A DNA stretch of 63,035 bases, filler included, from Chiloscyllium plagiosum (GCF_004010195.1; 7 parts of one record of this genome joined end to end with filler, not necessarily neighbours in it); one strand, 5' to 3'. Counted from the whole stretch's first letter, positions 13,873 through 26,004 are shown. Numbers and translations are program-made. Notes: generated by a model not told the origin, from the sequence alone.

Positions 13873-14082
13873 AGATTTGAGATGGAGACGCATAAATGGC
13901 AATTGGAAGTGTCTGAGAGAGAGTGACAGCAAAGGATGGGGAATAAATTAGAGGGATAGAAAGAAATGAAAATGTATAGATTTGAGATGGAGACGCATAA
14001 ATGGCAATTGGAAGTGTCTGAGAGAGAGTGACAGCAAAGGATGGGGAATAAATTAGAGGGATAGAAAGAAATGAAAATGTAT
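13873..14082. repeat. Perfect 105-bp tandem duplication
   Basis: agatttgagatggagacgc...gaaaatgtat at 13873 and 13978. Confidence 0.95.
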
Positions 14083-14554
14083 TGAGATGGATGGGAGAAG
14101 CTGTGAAACTAACAGACCATGCACAATAATTCACGGGAGGAGCTGAATTTTTGTTTCTTGACAGAATTCTACTTATTGAGCGATATTGCAAGTTGGCCTC
14201 ACTTGCTGCAATTATGTAGCTTTCACTATGACAGCATCTTCCATAAACATGTTACCATTCCGAAATTCTGAACGGCAGTTATGTCCAATGTCGGATCAAT
14301 TCTTCATAACCTAGTATTTTGAAACTGACCTTAGAAAGGCCTTTCCCACGGAAACCGGAAAAGCACATGTCTGATGGGCTGGAATGTAATTTAATTCTAT
14401 AAAAATCGGCCGTGTGGAATTATTAAAGTTGGTTTGCACCGTTCGCTTTGATGTCACTAAAATCAAAGGCCATATGGATTAATGATTGATATAGCTCTTG
14501 GACCATTTACTGTCACTTTAGTTAATGAAGCACTGCTGCAGTGTAAACCTTCAC

Positions 14555-15126
14555 AGATTGCCGACAGTGTGGAAACAGGCCAATTTGCCAAAACGTCCAC
14601 ACCGACCTTCCGAAGAGTAACCAGTTCCCTACTCTATTACTCTAGATTTACTCCTGACTTTTGAACCTAACCGACATACCCTTGAACACGATGTGCAATT
14701 TATCATCTCCAATTCAACTCACCATCATATTTTTCGATTAAGGAGGAAACTGGAACTCCTGGAGTAAACGCACTCACAGACGGGGAGAATTCTTCTCTCC
14801 ATTTTTTTAAAAATGGATTCCCTACAGTGTGGAAACAGACCACTTGGCCTAACAAGTCCACACTGAGCTTTCGAAGAGTATCCCATTCCGATCCATCGCC
14901 CTGCCCGATTACTCTGCATTTCGCCTGACGAATACACCTAAATTGCACATCCCTGAACATGATGGACAATTTTGCTTGGACAATTCACCTGACGTGCACG
15001 TATTTAAATGTGGGAGGAAAAACGCTCACACATGGAAAGAACGTGCAAACGTGCTGTCGACCGAGGCTGTAACTGGACGTGGTTTTACCAGCTCTGTGAG
15101 GTTGCAGTGCTAACAACTTAGCCACC
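14555..15126 (-). mobile_element. Two adjacent decayed SINE copies (about 14555-14790 and 14816-15126)
   Basis: Two acagtgtggaaacag tails, each followed by SINE body motifs. Confidence 0.8.
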
Positions 15127-15341
15127 AGGCCATTGAGCTTTCATTGCATTGAAATATAATTAAATGTGGCGGAATTGTTGTAGCACCAAAGACATCGTAA
15201 TCTCAGCGTCTCTATGCGTACATAGATTCTAATCCATTCATAGCAGATACATTTGAATTCAATGATGAAAAAAACTAGCATAATGGCAAATTTTCTCCCT
15301 GTCTCATTTAGTGGAGGAAATCAGTCGCCCTACGTGTGACA

Positions 15342-16720
15342 TCAGAAGAGACAAAAACTGCAGATGCTGAAACCTAAGGCAGACAAGCAAGAGGCTTGGA
15401 AAACAAGGCAAGTCAGGCAGCATTTGAAGGTGAAGATATCAAAGTTTCGGGTATAACCTTCTTTCAGTCCTGGGAATGGGTGCAAGTGGATCTGCAGATT
15501 AAGCGGGGTAGCAGTTGAGAATGGCAGTATGGTGTGTTCAGGACAGGTAAAATTAAATAGAGTGGAAGGCCTGGTTGGTTGATGGGAACAATGCATTTGT
15601 TCCTGCAAGAAATGCTTGATTAGAGAAATGGAAGAGAGGGAGGGGCGGGTTTGGAAATGGTGCTGGGGAAAAGGAAAGAAAGGTATTTGAAATTAGAGAA
15701 TTCAATGCGGCGTGTCCCGGCTATATTATCCACAAGCAGAGGATGAGGTGCCCTTTCCCAGAACCTGCATTCAGATTCGCTGTGGCAAAGGAGGAAGCTA
15801 AGGATGGCCACATTGGAAGAGGAGTCAGAAGGGGAATTACAACAGATAACGACTCGGCAGTCAGGACGGCTCCTGCAGGCCAGTCTGAGATGCTTAGTGA
15901 AACGTTGCCTCAGTTTACGCTTACTCTGACCGATGGCGAGTAGACCTCATCGGGACCACTAGATACATTAAACTAGTTTGGATGAGGGGCAGGTGAACAT
16001 CAGTCTGACCTGGGAAGACTGTTTGGGGCCCAGGATGGAGGTGAGTGATTGGTGATGTGCCAACAAGTTTTGCATGCCTGACAGCCGTATGGGATGTACC
16101 TTTGGGCTCAGGAGCGTTCACTGGGCAAATTCACCAAACGTTTGAGGAATGGAACGATACTTGACGTACTCAGGAGGAGTGGGGAGAGCAAGGTATTCTT
16201 GGTGTTAAGGTCTAATTAGAGTGGTCAGAAGTGTTTAAAGATGATCGGTTGAATATCGAGACTGGTCAGCCTTTGGGTGAAAACTTATATTTACTGTGTG
16301 TAAAATGGGTTTTGAGAGCAGTGCAGTGGGGAATGGAGGACGTGCGCTCGAGGGCTCTCTGGATGACAGGGCAGAGAAATACGTTGATCAAAATGTCTGG
16401 ACATCTATGATGCTTGATAGTGGAATGACTCCTCATCCAAGCAGATGCGGTTTAGGCTGAAGAATTGCTTGAATGTTGTGGACTCTTGCCGGTTATTGGC
16501 GGGGAAAAGGTGTCGTTCAGGTAGCGATGAGAGTCTTTGGAATGTTGTGGACTCTTGCCGGTTATTGGCGGGGAAAAGGTGTCGTTCAGGTAGCGATGAG
16601 AGTCTTTGGTTTTCTCGCACTCATCCACCTGGAGATTGCACCTGAGATAGAAATGGAGATGTCAAGACAGGGGAAAGTGATGTTCAGGACGAACCAAGTG
16701 TGATTCCTGCAATGTGCCTC
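15342..16720 (-). mobile_element. Penelope-like element (Neptune type): RT C-terminus, GIY-YIG endonuclease and terminal repeat; decayed
   Basis: Minus-strand remnants FPCLDISISISG, QFFSLNRICLDEESFH, FTCPSSKLV..GLLAIGQSKRKL, IEFSNFK; terminal repeat 15345-15470 with degenerate hammerhead core. Confidence 0.85.
16471..16608. repeat. Perfect 69-bp tandem duplication inside the PLE
   Basis: gaatgttgtggactc...gagtctttg at 16471 and 16540. Confidence 0.95.
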
Positions 16721-16973
16721 ATTGTTATCTGACCTGATGCAGTTGTGGGTGAGTGATAAAATATTACATGTTATACTTACAATGCGTGAACTATTAATGG
16801 AACACTTCCATTTTTGCTTCACTTGTTTCGAACTACCTAATTTTGTCAAGCTGTCTTCACTTGAGTTTCGTAACCCTTGCTCTCTTTAGAAACCCAATGT
16901 GAGTTTCAAAGTTAATAATCACACAACACCAAGTTATAGTTCTACAGATTTAGTTGGAAGCTCTGGCTTTCTG

Positions 16974-17073
16974 NNNNNNNNNNNNNNNNNNNNNNNNNNN
17001 NNNNNNNNNNNNNNNNNTTAATTAATTAANNNNNNNNNNNNNNNNNNNNNNNNNNNNNNNNNNNNNNNNNNNN
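16974..17073. other. Artificial contig spacer (44N-TTAATTAATTAA-44N)
   Basis: Exactly 100 bp; palindromic 12-mer with stops in all six frames; identical at six sites. Confidence 0.97.
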
Positions 17074-17245
17074 TCTAATCAAATTATGCTTTTCCAAATA
17101 TTCATGAATCCTGTTTCTCAGAATCCTGTCCAATAATTTGCACACAACTGACGTAAGACTGACTCGTCTGCAATTCCCAGCGTTATCCCTACTCCCTTCC
17201 TTAAACAAGGGACGAGCATTTACCACCCTCCAATCATCTGGTACT
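17074..17245 (-). mobile_element. CR1 ORF2 fragment
   Basis: PLFKEGSRDNAGNCRRVSLTSVVCKLLDRILR. Confidence 0.9.
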
Positions 17246-18889
17246 ACAACAGAAGGCCACTAAACACAATGCAATAAAGGGGTACGGGAGTGCAGTGAAG
17301 ATGAAACATGTGGGTAAAACAGCAATTAATATAACAGATTGAAAGACGTTCTTTTCCTTTAAAGTTATGTAAAAATGAGAGAAGCACGGATAGACATTGG
17401 TCCACTCACTGAAAATTGAGTTTGCAGATTTAATAACGGAAAGCAAATACATGGTGTAGGAAATGAGTTGCTCGTTTGCGTGGGCCATCAAGATAGAAGA
17501 CCCCAGTAGTGCATGAGAACATCAAGAGAAGCTGGGGTGCTGGTGAGTGCAGTGGCCATCCCAAATGAAAAGATGCTGGAGACGTTTTAGGCGGATTGAT
17601 CACCCACATGAGATGCACAATATTACAGAGTTCTGAAGGGCAATGCTGAGGAGATTCACGATGCATTTTTAATGATCTTTGAAGAACCAGTTGAGTCAGG
17701 GCGGGTGTTAGGATGGAATGCCGAAAAAATCAGCCGAGTGCCTGGAATTCACTTCGAGCATTAAACAGTTTATTATCATGATAACAATGGGGTGAGATCC
17801 TCTAAAAATCCAGATCATTCTGCAATGAAGAAAGAAAAACATATATTAATGCCCACTTCTAAAAATTACAGAACAAGCATAATATTATATAGTTCCATAC
17901 ACTTCCAACTGAGCTAATCATATGATTGCACTGATAGATACGGACAGGCTTGTGGTGAAGAACGGCATTGCATGGTGTCATGATGTTGCCCAGTCTTTCC
18001 CCTTTTCACTTTTTGGGGATTTTCACAATGGACACTACATTTAAGTACACTCCTTCCCAGTTATTTGCCACATGCACTATGTTAAGTGCCAACAAATTGA
18101 ATAGTTGCCCATCACTTCATAACTTTTAATTCCTTCACATTGTTTAATGATCTAACTCCAATATCTGCAAATGGATTTCATTTTTACAAATTGTTATAAA
18201 AAATGTGACATTAGTTCCAATAAATTTATAGTTAGAACTGACGTTAGAATTCTGCAGCTACCAAGTTATCCGCCGTTCTTTATTGCCGTTTTTAATAGAA
18301 ACGCTCTATTTTTATTGTAGTGTACCACAAAATGCAACCATTAAATCCACATTCCACTGCCTGCTAGTTTCTATACCTATGATTCAATTATCGCAAAAAA
18401 ATGATCTGGAGAATGCTTTTACAGGCTGAGTCCGGCTTGTTCATGCAATTCTTTATGATTTCCCCCCTCTATTCTATTACTTTGAGCCTGCAGAAGTATA
18501 AAGACACATTGAAACAACGACAATAGGAGCGGGAGTAGGTAATTTGGCCCTTTCGGCCTGCTCCTTCATTCATCCCCATAATGGCTAACCTTTCAACTCA
18601 ATAGCCTAATCCTGCTTTCTCCCCATGACCTCTTATCCCTTTCGCCCTAAGTGGTACTGTTGTCCTAACTTATGCAGGTTATATAAAGCAAATGTATTTC
18701 CACACTTAATAAGAGTACTGTCAGTCATGTTTCGACTGCTTTTGCCAGGGCAGTCTGCCGCCATCATGCTCTGGCTCGTTATGGGTAGCCATAACAGGTG
18801 ATCATTCCAACTGTAAAATAGCGAAATTAATAACTCTGGTTAAGAAGCGCAGGATGTTGAAAATAGGAAAGTACTGGCGAGAAGCTTCT

Positions 18890-18972
18890 TGGATGCTACC
18901 TGAACTGCTGTGCTCTTCCAGCACCACTAATCCAGAATCTGGTTTCCAGCATCTGCAATCATTGGTTTTACC
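18890..18972 (+). mobile_element. PLE terminal-repeat fragment
   Basis: ggatgctacctgaactgctgtgctcttccagcacc..ccagcatctgca matches the arm of 55560-55640. Confidence 0.7.
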
Positions 18973-18999
18973 TGGCTAGTTAGCCTTTCCGACGCCATT

Positions 19000-19560
19000 G
19001 ACACGATTTCAGAGTGTATTATTGAGTATGACATTTGAAGTAATTTCGTAATGCATGGTTAAATATGGCTGACATATCACGGCTTTGTCAATGGAAAGTG
19101 AAGCATGACAAATGTTTGCGAGGAGGTAACTTGCATTTTACGTAAAAATGGCGACTGAATGTGATCTCGTCGGATCTCCAGAAGTATTTGACAATGTCCT
19201 TCCCAGGAGACTGCTGAATAGGTTAATAGTCTATCGAGTTCGGTGCAAGGTACTTCCTTTGATGGAGAATTGGTTGAAATGTTGAGGGCAGAGACTGGAG
19301 TTCAAGCCATTTTTTTTTCAGAATTGAAGCCAGTTACTCTTGGAGTTCTCTGGGGATCCATGTTCGGATCATAATTATTCTTGATATACATTCATTATCT
19401 GGATGATGGAACTCAGCGCATTGTTGCTGTAATTACAGATAAAACAAAGATGAGTGGATGACTGATAGTGTTGAGAAAGCAAGTCAGCTTCAAATGCAAA
19501 TGGACGGAAGACGAAAGTGGGCAAAGATGTAGAATGTGGAAGAAAACATGGAAAAAGGGT
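19000..19560 (+). mobile_element. Old CR1 RT fragment
   Basis: cacggctttgtcaatggaaag, gtatttgacaatgtcc, ggggatccatgttcgg and acagataaaacaaag correspond to HGF/AFD/QGS/ADD regions. Confidence 0.65.
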
Positions 19561-20235
19561 GTTCATGTGTGTGATAAATTCAGGTGAAATAGTGACCTGC
19601 AGAAAAGTTAAGATGAAAACTTATAACATTAATAGTCGAATAATATAGATTGGGAAACTGATAAAATTAGTGCAGCACTTGGTGGAAGGCTGCTGTGAAG
19701 ACTCGTAATTACTTTATCTGGGTCAGCACTTGTCTGATGCTTCTGTTTACAGACAGCCGATCCAAACCAAAACAACAGAATATATCCGAGATAGTCATTG
19801 GAACGAGACAATAAACGTCATTTAACTCATACAAAGACAGAAATAAGTATAACCATGATGTTTTCAACTCAGCAACTCATTTCGAAAACATCCGTTAAGT
19901 CAAAGAAGAATTTCTTTCGTTGTGCTAATGAGTTCAACCATGTGCAATTGGGCAATGGACGAAAGGCATTGATTTGACCTTCACACACACACACACACAA
20001 AGTAAATTACTCAAACTCTATGACTGTGAGTTGAGTAAACAGATATATTGCAAGACAATGACAAAATGAGAAGATGATGATCAAGAAATCAGAAAACCCT
20101 AAGAGATAAAATATGTCTTAACTGCATGTCCGTACTAACTATCAGCAGGTTGAAGTTAAATTGTCCAGGAATATATTCAGAATTGCTGGAGGTAATGTTC
20201 ATACTGATAGTATAAACATACTGATCTGAAACTGT

Positions 20236-20335
20236 NNNNNNNNNNNNNNNNNNNNNNNNNNNNNNNNNNNNNNNNNNNNTTAATTAATTAANNNNNNNNN
20301 NNNNNNNNNNNNNNNNNNNNNNNNNNNNNNNNNNN
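20236..20335. other. Artificial contig spacer
   Basis: Same 44N-TTAATTAATTAA-44N; truncates the GPCR exon. Confidence 0.97.
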
Positions 20336-20924
20336 TTAGTGTGAGACCGTAGTCTCCTGCGGGCTCTGCTGGTAACTAAAATGTGTCTGATAGTGAAAAC
20401 ATTGAGCAGCAGAATCACGAGGAATGGGAGAGCCGGGTTTAAAATATAGTGCAGGAACTCGATTGCGGCCCAGACACGAGAGAATTTAACAGTGAATGTT
20501 TCCTCACAAAACCAGGGGATATTCCGCAGCCGATACCGAGCTGTGAGCATAAAATACCAGAAAATGTTCTTTAAACAGCTCAGCACAGTCACTCCTCCCA
20601 GAATGACAACCGCAGTTTTCTCACAGCAATATTTACTTTTTAGCTTCTGGCAACAAATGGCCACAAATCGATCGAAGGTGAAAGTGACGGTGAACCAGAC
20701 GGAACAGTCAGTGGCTCCATAAAGCAGGACAGCGTGGATATTACACACGGGAATGGAGTACAGGAAACAAAACTTATAGCGATAAACAATGGGAATGTGT
20801 CTCAATACCAAGTCGAGGATAATGACCAGTAGATCCGCCGCTGCCATGGCCCCCAGATAACGTATGATACATGAAGACAATCCACAATCTTTATAAAACA
20901 GGACGTAGATCGTCACTACGTTAA
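20336..20924 (-). CDS. Main coding exon (partial) of a rhodopsin-class GPCR, GPR139/GPR142-like (shark-expanded type); covers end of TM1 to ICL3, 3' part lost in assembly gap
   Basis: About 196 stop-free codons: (V)NVVTIYVL..CGLSSCIIRYLGAMAAADLLVIILDL (TM2 AxxD), VCNIH..DCSVWFTVTFTFDRFVAICC (TM3, DRF motif), TM4, LNPALPFLVILLLN (TM5). Begins at a canonical acceptor ttttcctccctcacag|TT AAC (phase 1, as expected for the GPR139 TM1 intron). The GTG 'start' in the ORF track is internal. Confidence 0.9.
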
Positions 20925-21466
20925 CTGTGAGGGAGGAAAAATAAACATATTACACGTTTGCCGGAAGGCAAAGTGATCAATTTGATTGCAAAACCAAACG
21001 TGTCACTATTCTGATATTTATTAACATAATTGAGCTGAAAAAATAAATGAGAAGGTGTGTTGCAACTACAAAAATATGTCATGTAAAACAAGAACTCCTC
21101 CCTCCCCAGACACACAGAGACATCCATAAGAACAAATGTTTTCTCAAACACTCCCACACACTCAGTAACTGGGGAGCAGACACAGGTCCCTTTTTCCAGT
21201 TCATAATACGAACGGTGAAAACGTTGCTGTCCTGAAGGATTCTCTCTCAAATCTTTGAAAACAAATAGAGGTTGGAAATTTCTGTCTTTTGGTCAAATTG
21301 TGGTCGATTCTCTGTCGTGAAGAAATGTAAATGCAGGGAAAACGTATTCACCACTTGAACTGCCTGAGAGGACTTAGGAACAGAGTCGCCATCTCCCTGG
21401 AACGGGATCTCTTCCCTCGGGATATTATCTTTTCATCAATTTCCTGACGTCTAGCCTTTCACAAGT

Positions 21467-21675
21467 AATGTCAGGGATAGAATGTTTAGGGGAATATCGG
21501 GTTCAGAATGTTGCATAGAATGTCAGTTTCGAATATTCTGGGGAATGTCGGGTATAGAACGTTTCGAGGAATATCAGTTACAGAGTGTTCTGGAGAATGT
21601 CATCTGCAAAATGGCCCAGTGAATGTCGGGTATTGAATGTTCCGGGGATTATCAGTTAGAGAATGTTCCGTAAAT
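21467..21675. repeat. 26-bp degenerate minisatellite, about 8 copies, in the presumed GPCR intron
   Basis: Consensus about AATGTCGGGTATAGAATGTTCCGGGG. Confidence 0.85.
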
Positions 21676-22329
21676 TTCTGGAAATTCGGCTATAGATTGT
21701 GATAGAGTCATAAAAGCCCACATCATAAAGTCCCTTCGGTGAGACCCACTCAGCCTCTCGGTGGGAATTTTTCCCAAACACAACTTAGCTGGCAGTTTGT
21801 ACACTAAATGAATAAGATAAATTTAATAGCTCAAAAAAATGACGTAAGATGCTATTTAATGAAAATTCAGATGCCATCTCTTATTCAGCCATTTCCCCGA
21901 CTTCCTTTCAGGTCTGTCTAACACTTCTACTTGTAAAGTATTCTGGATATTCAATTCCCAATATCGGTCACGCTGTGGTCTTGTCTCTCTAATACCATTA
22001 AATCATATCTATTTCCCTCAGTTCATGCACTGATTTCCTCAGTCTGCTTTGAGAATACAGTACACATTCATTTTTGACCCATTATTCCCTGCTCCATGGT
22101 CAGCTTTATTCCTCATATTTACCGATCAGGAACCAGTCTAACACCGTCTTACTCACAGAAGTAGGCCTGATGGATAATGCATCATGAAGCCGAATGACCT
22201 TCCCAGTGTATATCCGGTCTCACTTGCACCACAAACTCACCAGTGACTGGACTTACCGATCATTGATTGAAGAACCCGGGATATTTCATGGTAACGGTTC
22301 AGATATGGTTCAGGAAATCTCCAGCTGAT

Positions 22330-22800
22330 GCATATCTGCTGCCTTCCACACCACCCCTCGACGTTGAAAACAAATCGGAGGCAGCACATAGGTTGACAAG
22401 GTCACAGGACGCTCTCTGGGGGTGAGACTTCAATGTCGACCAGCAAGCATACCTTCACAGTCCCGCCACTGACTGATCAGGGAGAAGTCTCAAAGTAAAA
22501 GCAGCCAGACTGTGGGAAGTGATGGGGGTACCGACAAGAGGGAACAATCTCATCAAACTACTTCTCACAATGCAACTGATCCGAGCAATGTCTGGAGGAG
22601 CACCCAGATCACAGAGCAAGTGGAGTGAAAGTCTAAGCCTCATATTGAAGATACCTCCCATGGTGTTATGTGCCATTACCTGCTGCGAAGTACGACATAC
22701 TTCTAAAGGACCGAGGAAATGGTATCAATGAGGCACCGTCAGCCATCAGCAGTTGCATGATCAAAGGCCTTTCCTCCATCAGAAAGTCAGAAGTTGGCTG
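22330..22800 (+). mobile_element. L2/CR1-group LINE AP-endonuclease fragment
   Basis: ctctgggggtgagacttcaatgtc (WVGDFNV-like), ccgacaagagggaacaat (PTRG.N). Confidence 0.6.
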
Positions 22801-24002
22801 TTCACTGATGGTTCCAAAACGTTCAGCACCATTCACAAATACGCCGACACTGAAGCAGACTATTCAGCTCATCAACTGTGTAAACAGAAACAGAACGAAG
22901 ATATTCAGCCATTCGACGCTGTTACACAGAACCTAGGGCAGATCTTTTAATTTCTCATGCCTGTCACACAAGGAAAAGAAGTGAGCACTCAGCCTTTTGA
23001 AGCTGCTGCATAGCCATATGTGGAGGGCTCAGCCGGGAGCAGGGATAAAACATGGATAAAACAGTCTTTCTGAGGTTAATGCAAATTGCAGACTGTAGTG
23101 ACACAATGACAAGTCCTGGGCCTTCAACCATTTGCAACCACTATCAATGTTTTCGTTAAATGGAATAAATGTATTCTAACTAAGGTAGCCAGGAAGTTGT
23201 CAAGAGGACGTAGAGAATCTCTAACTGGAGAAGCAATGGATAACAATTTAGCAGCTGAAAGATAACATGAGTAACCGTGAAACTGTGCATTTTCCATGAA
23301 GAATACAAGGTTGGATGTAACACAAACGCAGAGAGGTTGCAGGACATAGTGCTACAATGTGTACTGGCGTATTCACTCTGACCCGGTCAGACTTATGAAG
23401 TCTTGCGGGATCTCCCCGATGGACTGCTCCCTGATGTTGCCAGTAGCTCCACTGTGCTCAGTTCACACCGGATACTTTGATGCGGTTGGTTGGCGGTGGT
23501 GAGTGATAAAGGGATGTGTATTTTGAGCGGTGTACCAAGGTGACAGCCTTTATAAGAAAGGCCACGCTTTCATACTCCGTGGAGACCCGAATTCGATGAG
23601 AATGCCTGACTGCTTCTGAACGAAAACGCTATGACTGCTGCCAGGACAGTGAGCATTCACCAACATGATGCAGATGGGCATATTGCAAAATTAATGCAGT
23701 GAGAGACGAACGGCCCAATCACAAGAACGAGAGCGATAGACGTTGCCAGTTCAGCTGAAATGGTCAGGTGTAAAACATTCTTAGTCAACCACAGAGAACC
23801 ATTCACCAGAGGGAATGTCTCTTCATCACAGAGCCCCACGTAGACCAAGTTCTGTTCAGTCCAACCGAGCAAAGTGTGGAAAACTGTGCAGACAACAGAA
23901 GTGCATTGATCTATAAACCCGGACTCGATATCTGTGCAGCACAGGGACCTATGTCGACCACACCAAACCTTTAATCTATTAACCCGACTCGATATCGATA
24001 CA

Positions 24003-25445
24003 GCGTGGTCACTGGGTTCGCTGCTGTCTGAAGACTGGGCCCCATGAGACCTGGAGACTGGGCACATGCACAGTGTGGTCAGATGACTGGGCCCAGTGCG
24101 GCCTTGAAAAGGGGCTCAGGGCAGGCTCGAGACTTGGTCCAATGTGGTCAAGAGACTGGGTCCTGTATGATCTGGAGACTGGGACAAACGTTGCCTGGAG
24201 ACTAGGCCCGATGCAGTTTGGAATCTGAGCTCGCTGCAGTTTGTAGGTTGTGTCCAGTGTGGTCTGGAGACTGCGCTTGATGTGGTCTGTAGACTGGGCC
24301 CGGTGTGCTCTGGGCATTGGTTACGGAGTGCTCCGAAGACTCAGCCTGGTGCAGTTTGCAGACTGGGCCTGGTGCAGCCTGGAGACAGGGCCTGCAGCGG
24401 TCTGGAGAATCAGCCCGGTGTGGGCTTGTGACTGGGACTGGCATGGTCTGAGACTCAGCCCCGTGCAGCCTGAACGCTCGGTCCGCTGTGGCCTGGAGGC
24501 TCGGTTCAGTGCAGCATGGATAGTGGGATTGGTGCGGTCTGAAGTCTGTCTGGTGCGGGCTGGAGACTGGGTCTGTTGTGGTATGGATATTGGGCCTCAT
24601 ACGGACTGAAGATTATGTCTAGAGTGGTCTGAAGGTACGGGCAGTTGACGCCTGGAGACTGGGCTCACTATGGTCTCGAGTCTGGGTCCAGTGCCATTTG
24701 GAGATTGGGCCCGTTGCAATCTGGAGATTTTGCCGGTTGAGGTGTGCAGACAGTGTCCGATGTGGTCTGGAGACTGGGCCTGGTGCAGTCTGGAGACTGG
24801 GCTCGGTATAATCTGTAGACTGGGTCATTTCTGCTCGAGATACTGCGCCCTGTGCAGATTGGAGACTGGGCTCAGTTGTTGTACAGACTGTATTTGATGC
24901 GATCTGGAGACTGGTCCTGGTGCAGTATGGACACAGAGCCTGATATGGTGTATAGATTCAGCCTGTTGCCGGTTGCGACTGCGCCAGGCACGGTCTGAAA
25001 GTTGGGCTGAATGCAGCCTTAAGGCTCGTTCCACTGTGGCCTGGAGACTCGGTTCGGTTCACCGTGGAGACTGGGATTGGTGCAATCTGGAAACTGTCTG
25101 TTGCAGTCTGGAGACTGAGCCCGGTGCGATCTGGAGACTGGGACCTGTGTAGTCTCGAGACTGGGCCAGGTGCAATCTGGAGACTGGGCCCAGTGCTGTG
25201 CAGACTGTGTCCGATGCATTCTGGTGTCAGGACCTGGTGTGGTCTGTGGACTGGGCCCGGTGCAGTGTACACACTGTGACAGATGCTCGTGATTGGGTTT
25301 GGTGCGGTCTGGAGACAGGCCTCAGTGTGATCTGAAGCCTAGGCCCAGTGTTTTGTTGGGACTTAGCCATTTGCGTTCTGGCAACAGGGCTTTTTGCAGT
25401 CTGGAGAGTTGGCCAACTGTGATCTGAAGACTCGGTCCTGGAAAA
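24003..25445. repeat. 23-bp GC-rich minisatellite array, about 60 degenerate copies
   Basis: Consensus about GTGCGGTCTGGAGACTGGGCCCG, head-to-tail with no unique spacers. Confidence 0.95.
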
Positions 25446-25868
25446 GGCCATCGTGAAGGGACAGTAAATGAAGCCTTATATTTTCACTTTTATTCTTCTG
25501 CTTGACTTTGATATATTATTATTTCAATTTTGTAACACCTACCTTAGAATCAGTACCTAGGCATCTTTTAAATGAGATGTCGTCATAAGCGAGGTCATTG
25601 CAAAATATCACTGCATTCATTAGAGTGTATGTGACATGAGGCCAATTCATTTCAAGTATGGGAAACTCACTGTCTTTGATGTTTTTCCAAACAAAGCTGC
25701 TGTTTGTGCAGTGGTATCAGGAAGGAAAGTGGGGGAGTGAAGAGGGAAAGTTTGATCACTATTTCAATGGATTCACTCCGAAAACAACAGAAACCCAAAT
25801 CGTCCGAGATGCAGATGCAGAGATACACACTTTAATACTGCAAAGCACACCCACAACGAAAGAGGTGA

Positions 25869-25963
25869 ACACACACACACTCACAGACACACACACACAC
25901 ACACAGACACGCACACACTCACACAGACACACACACAGACACACACACACAGACACTCACACA

Positions 25964-26004
<41 letters not shown>

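Noticed and set aside
17018..17029. TTAATTAATTAA as a biological palindrome or piggyBac target
   Set aside because: Always centred in 44+44 Ns; an artificial linker.
19800..20235. Missing GPCR TM6-TM7 on the other side of the gap
   Set aside because: No TM6/TM7-like open frame found on the minus strand; the C-terminal coding part is presumably inside the gap.
24003..25445. CRISPR-like array or repeat-protein gene
   Set aside because: Contiguous degenerate units with no unique spacers and no cas genes; 23 is not a multiple of 3 and the ORFs are short and in mixed frames.
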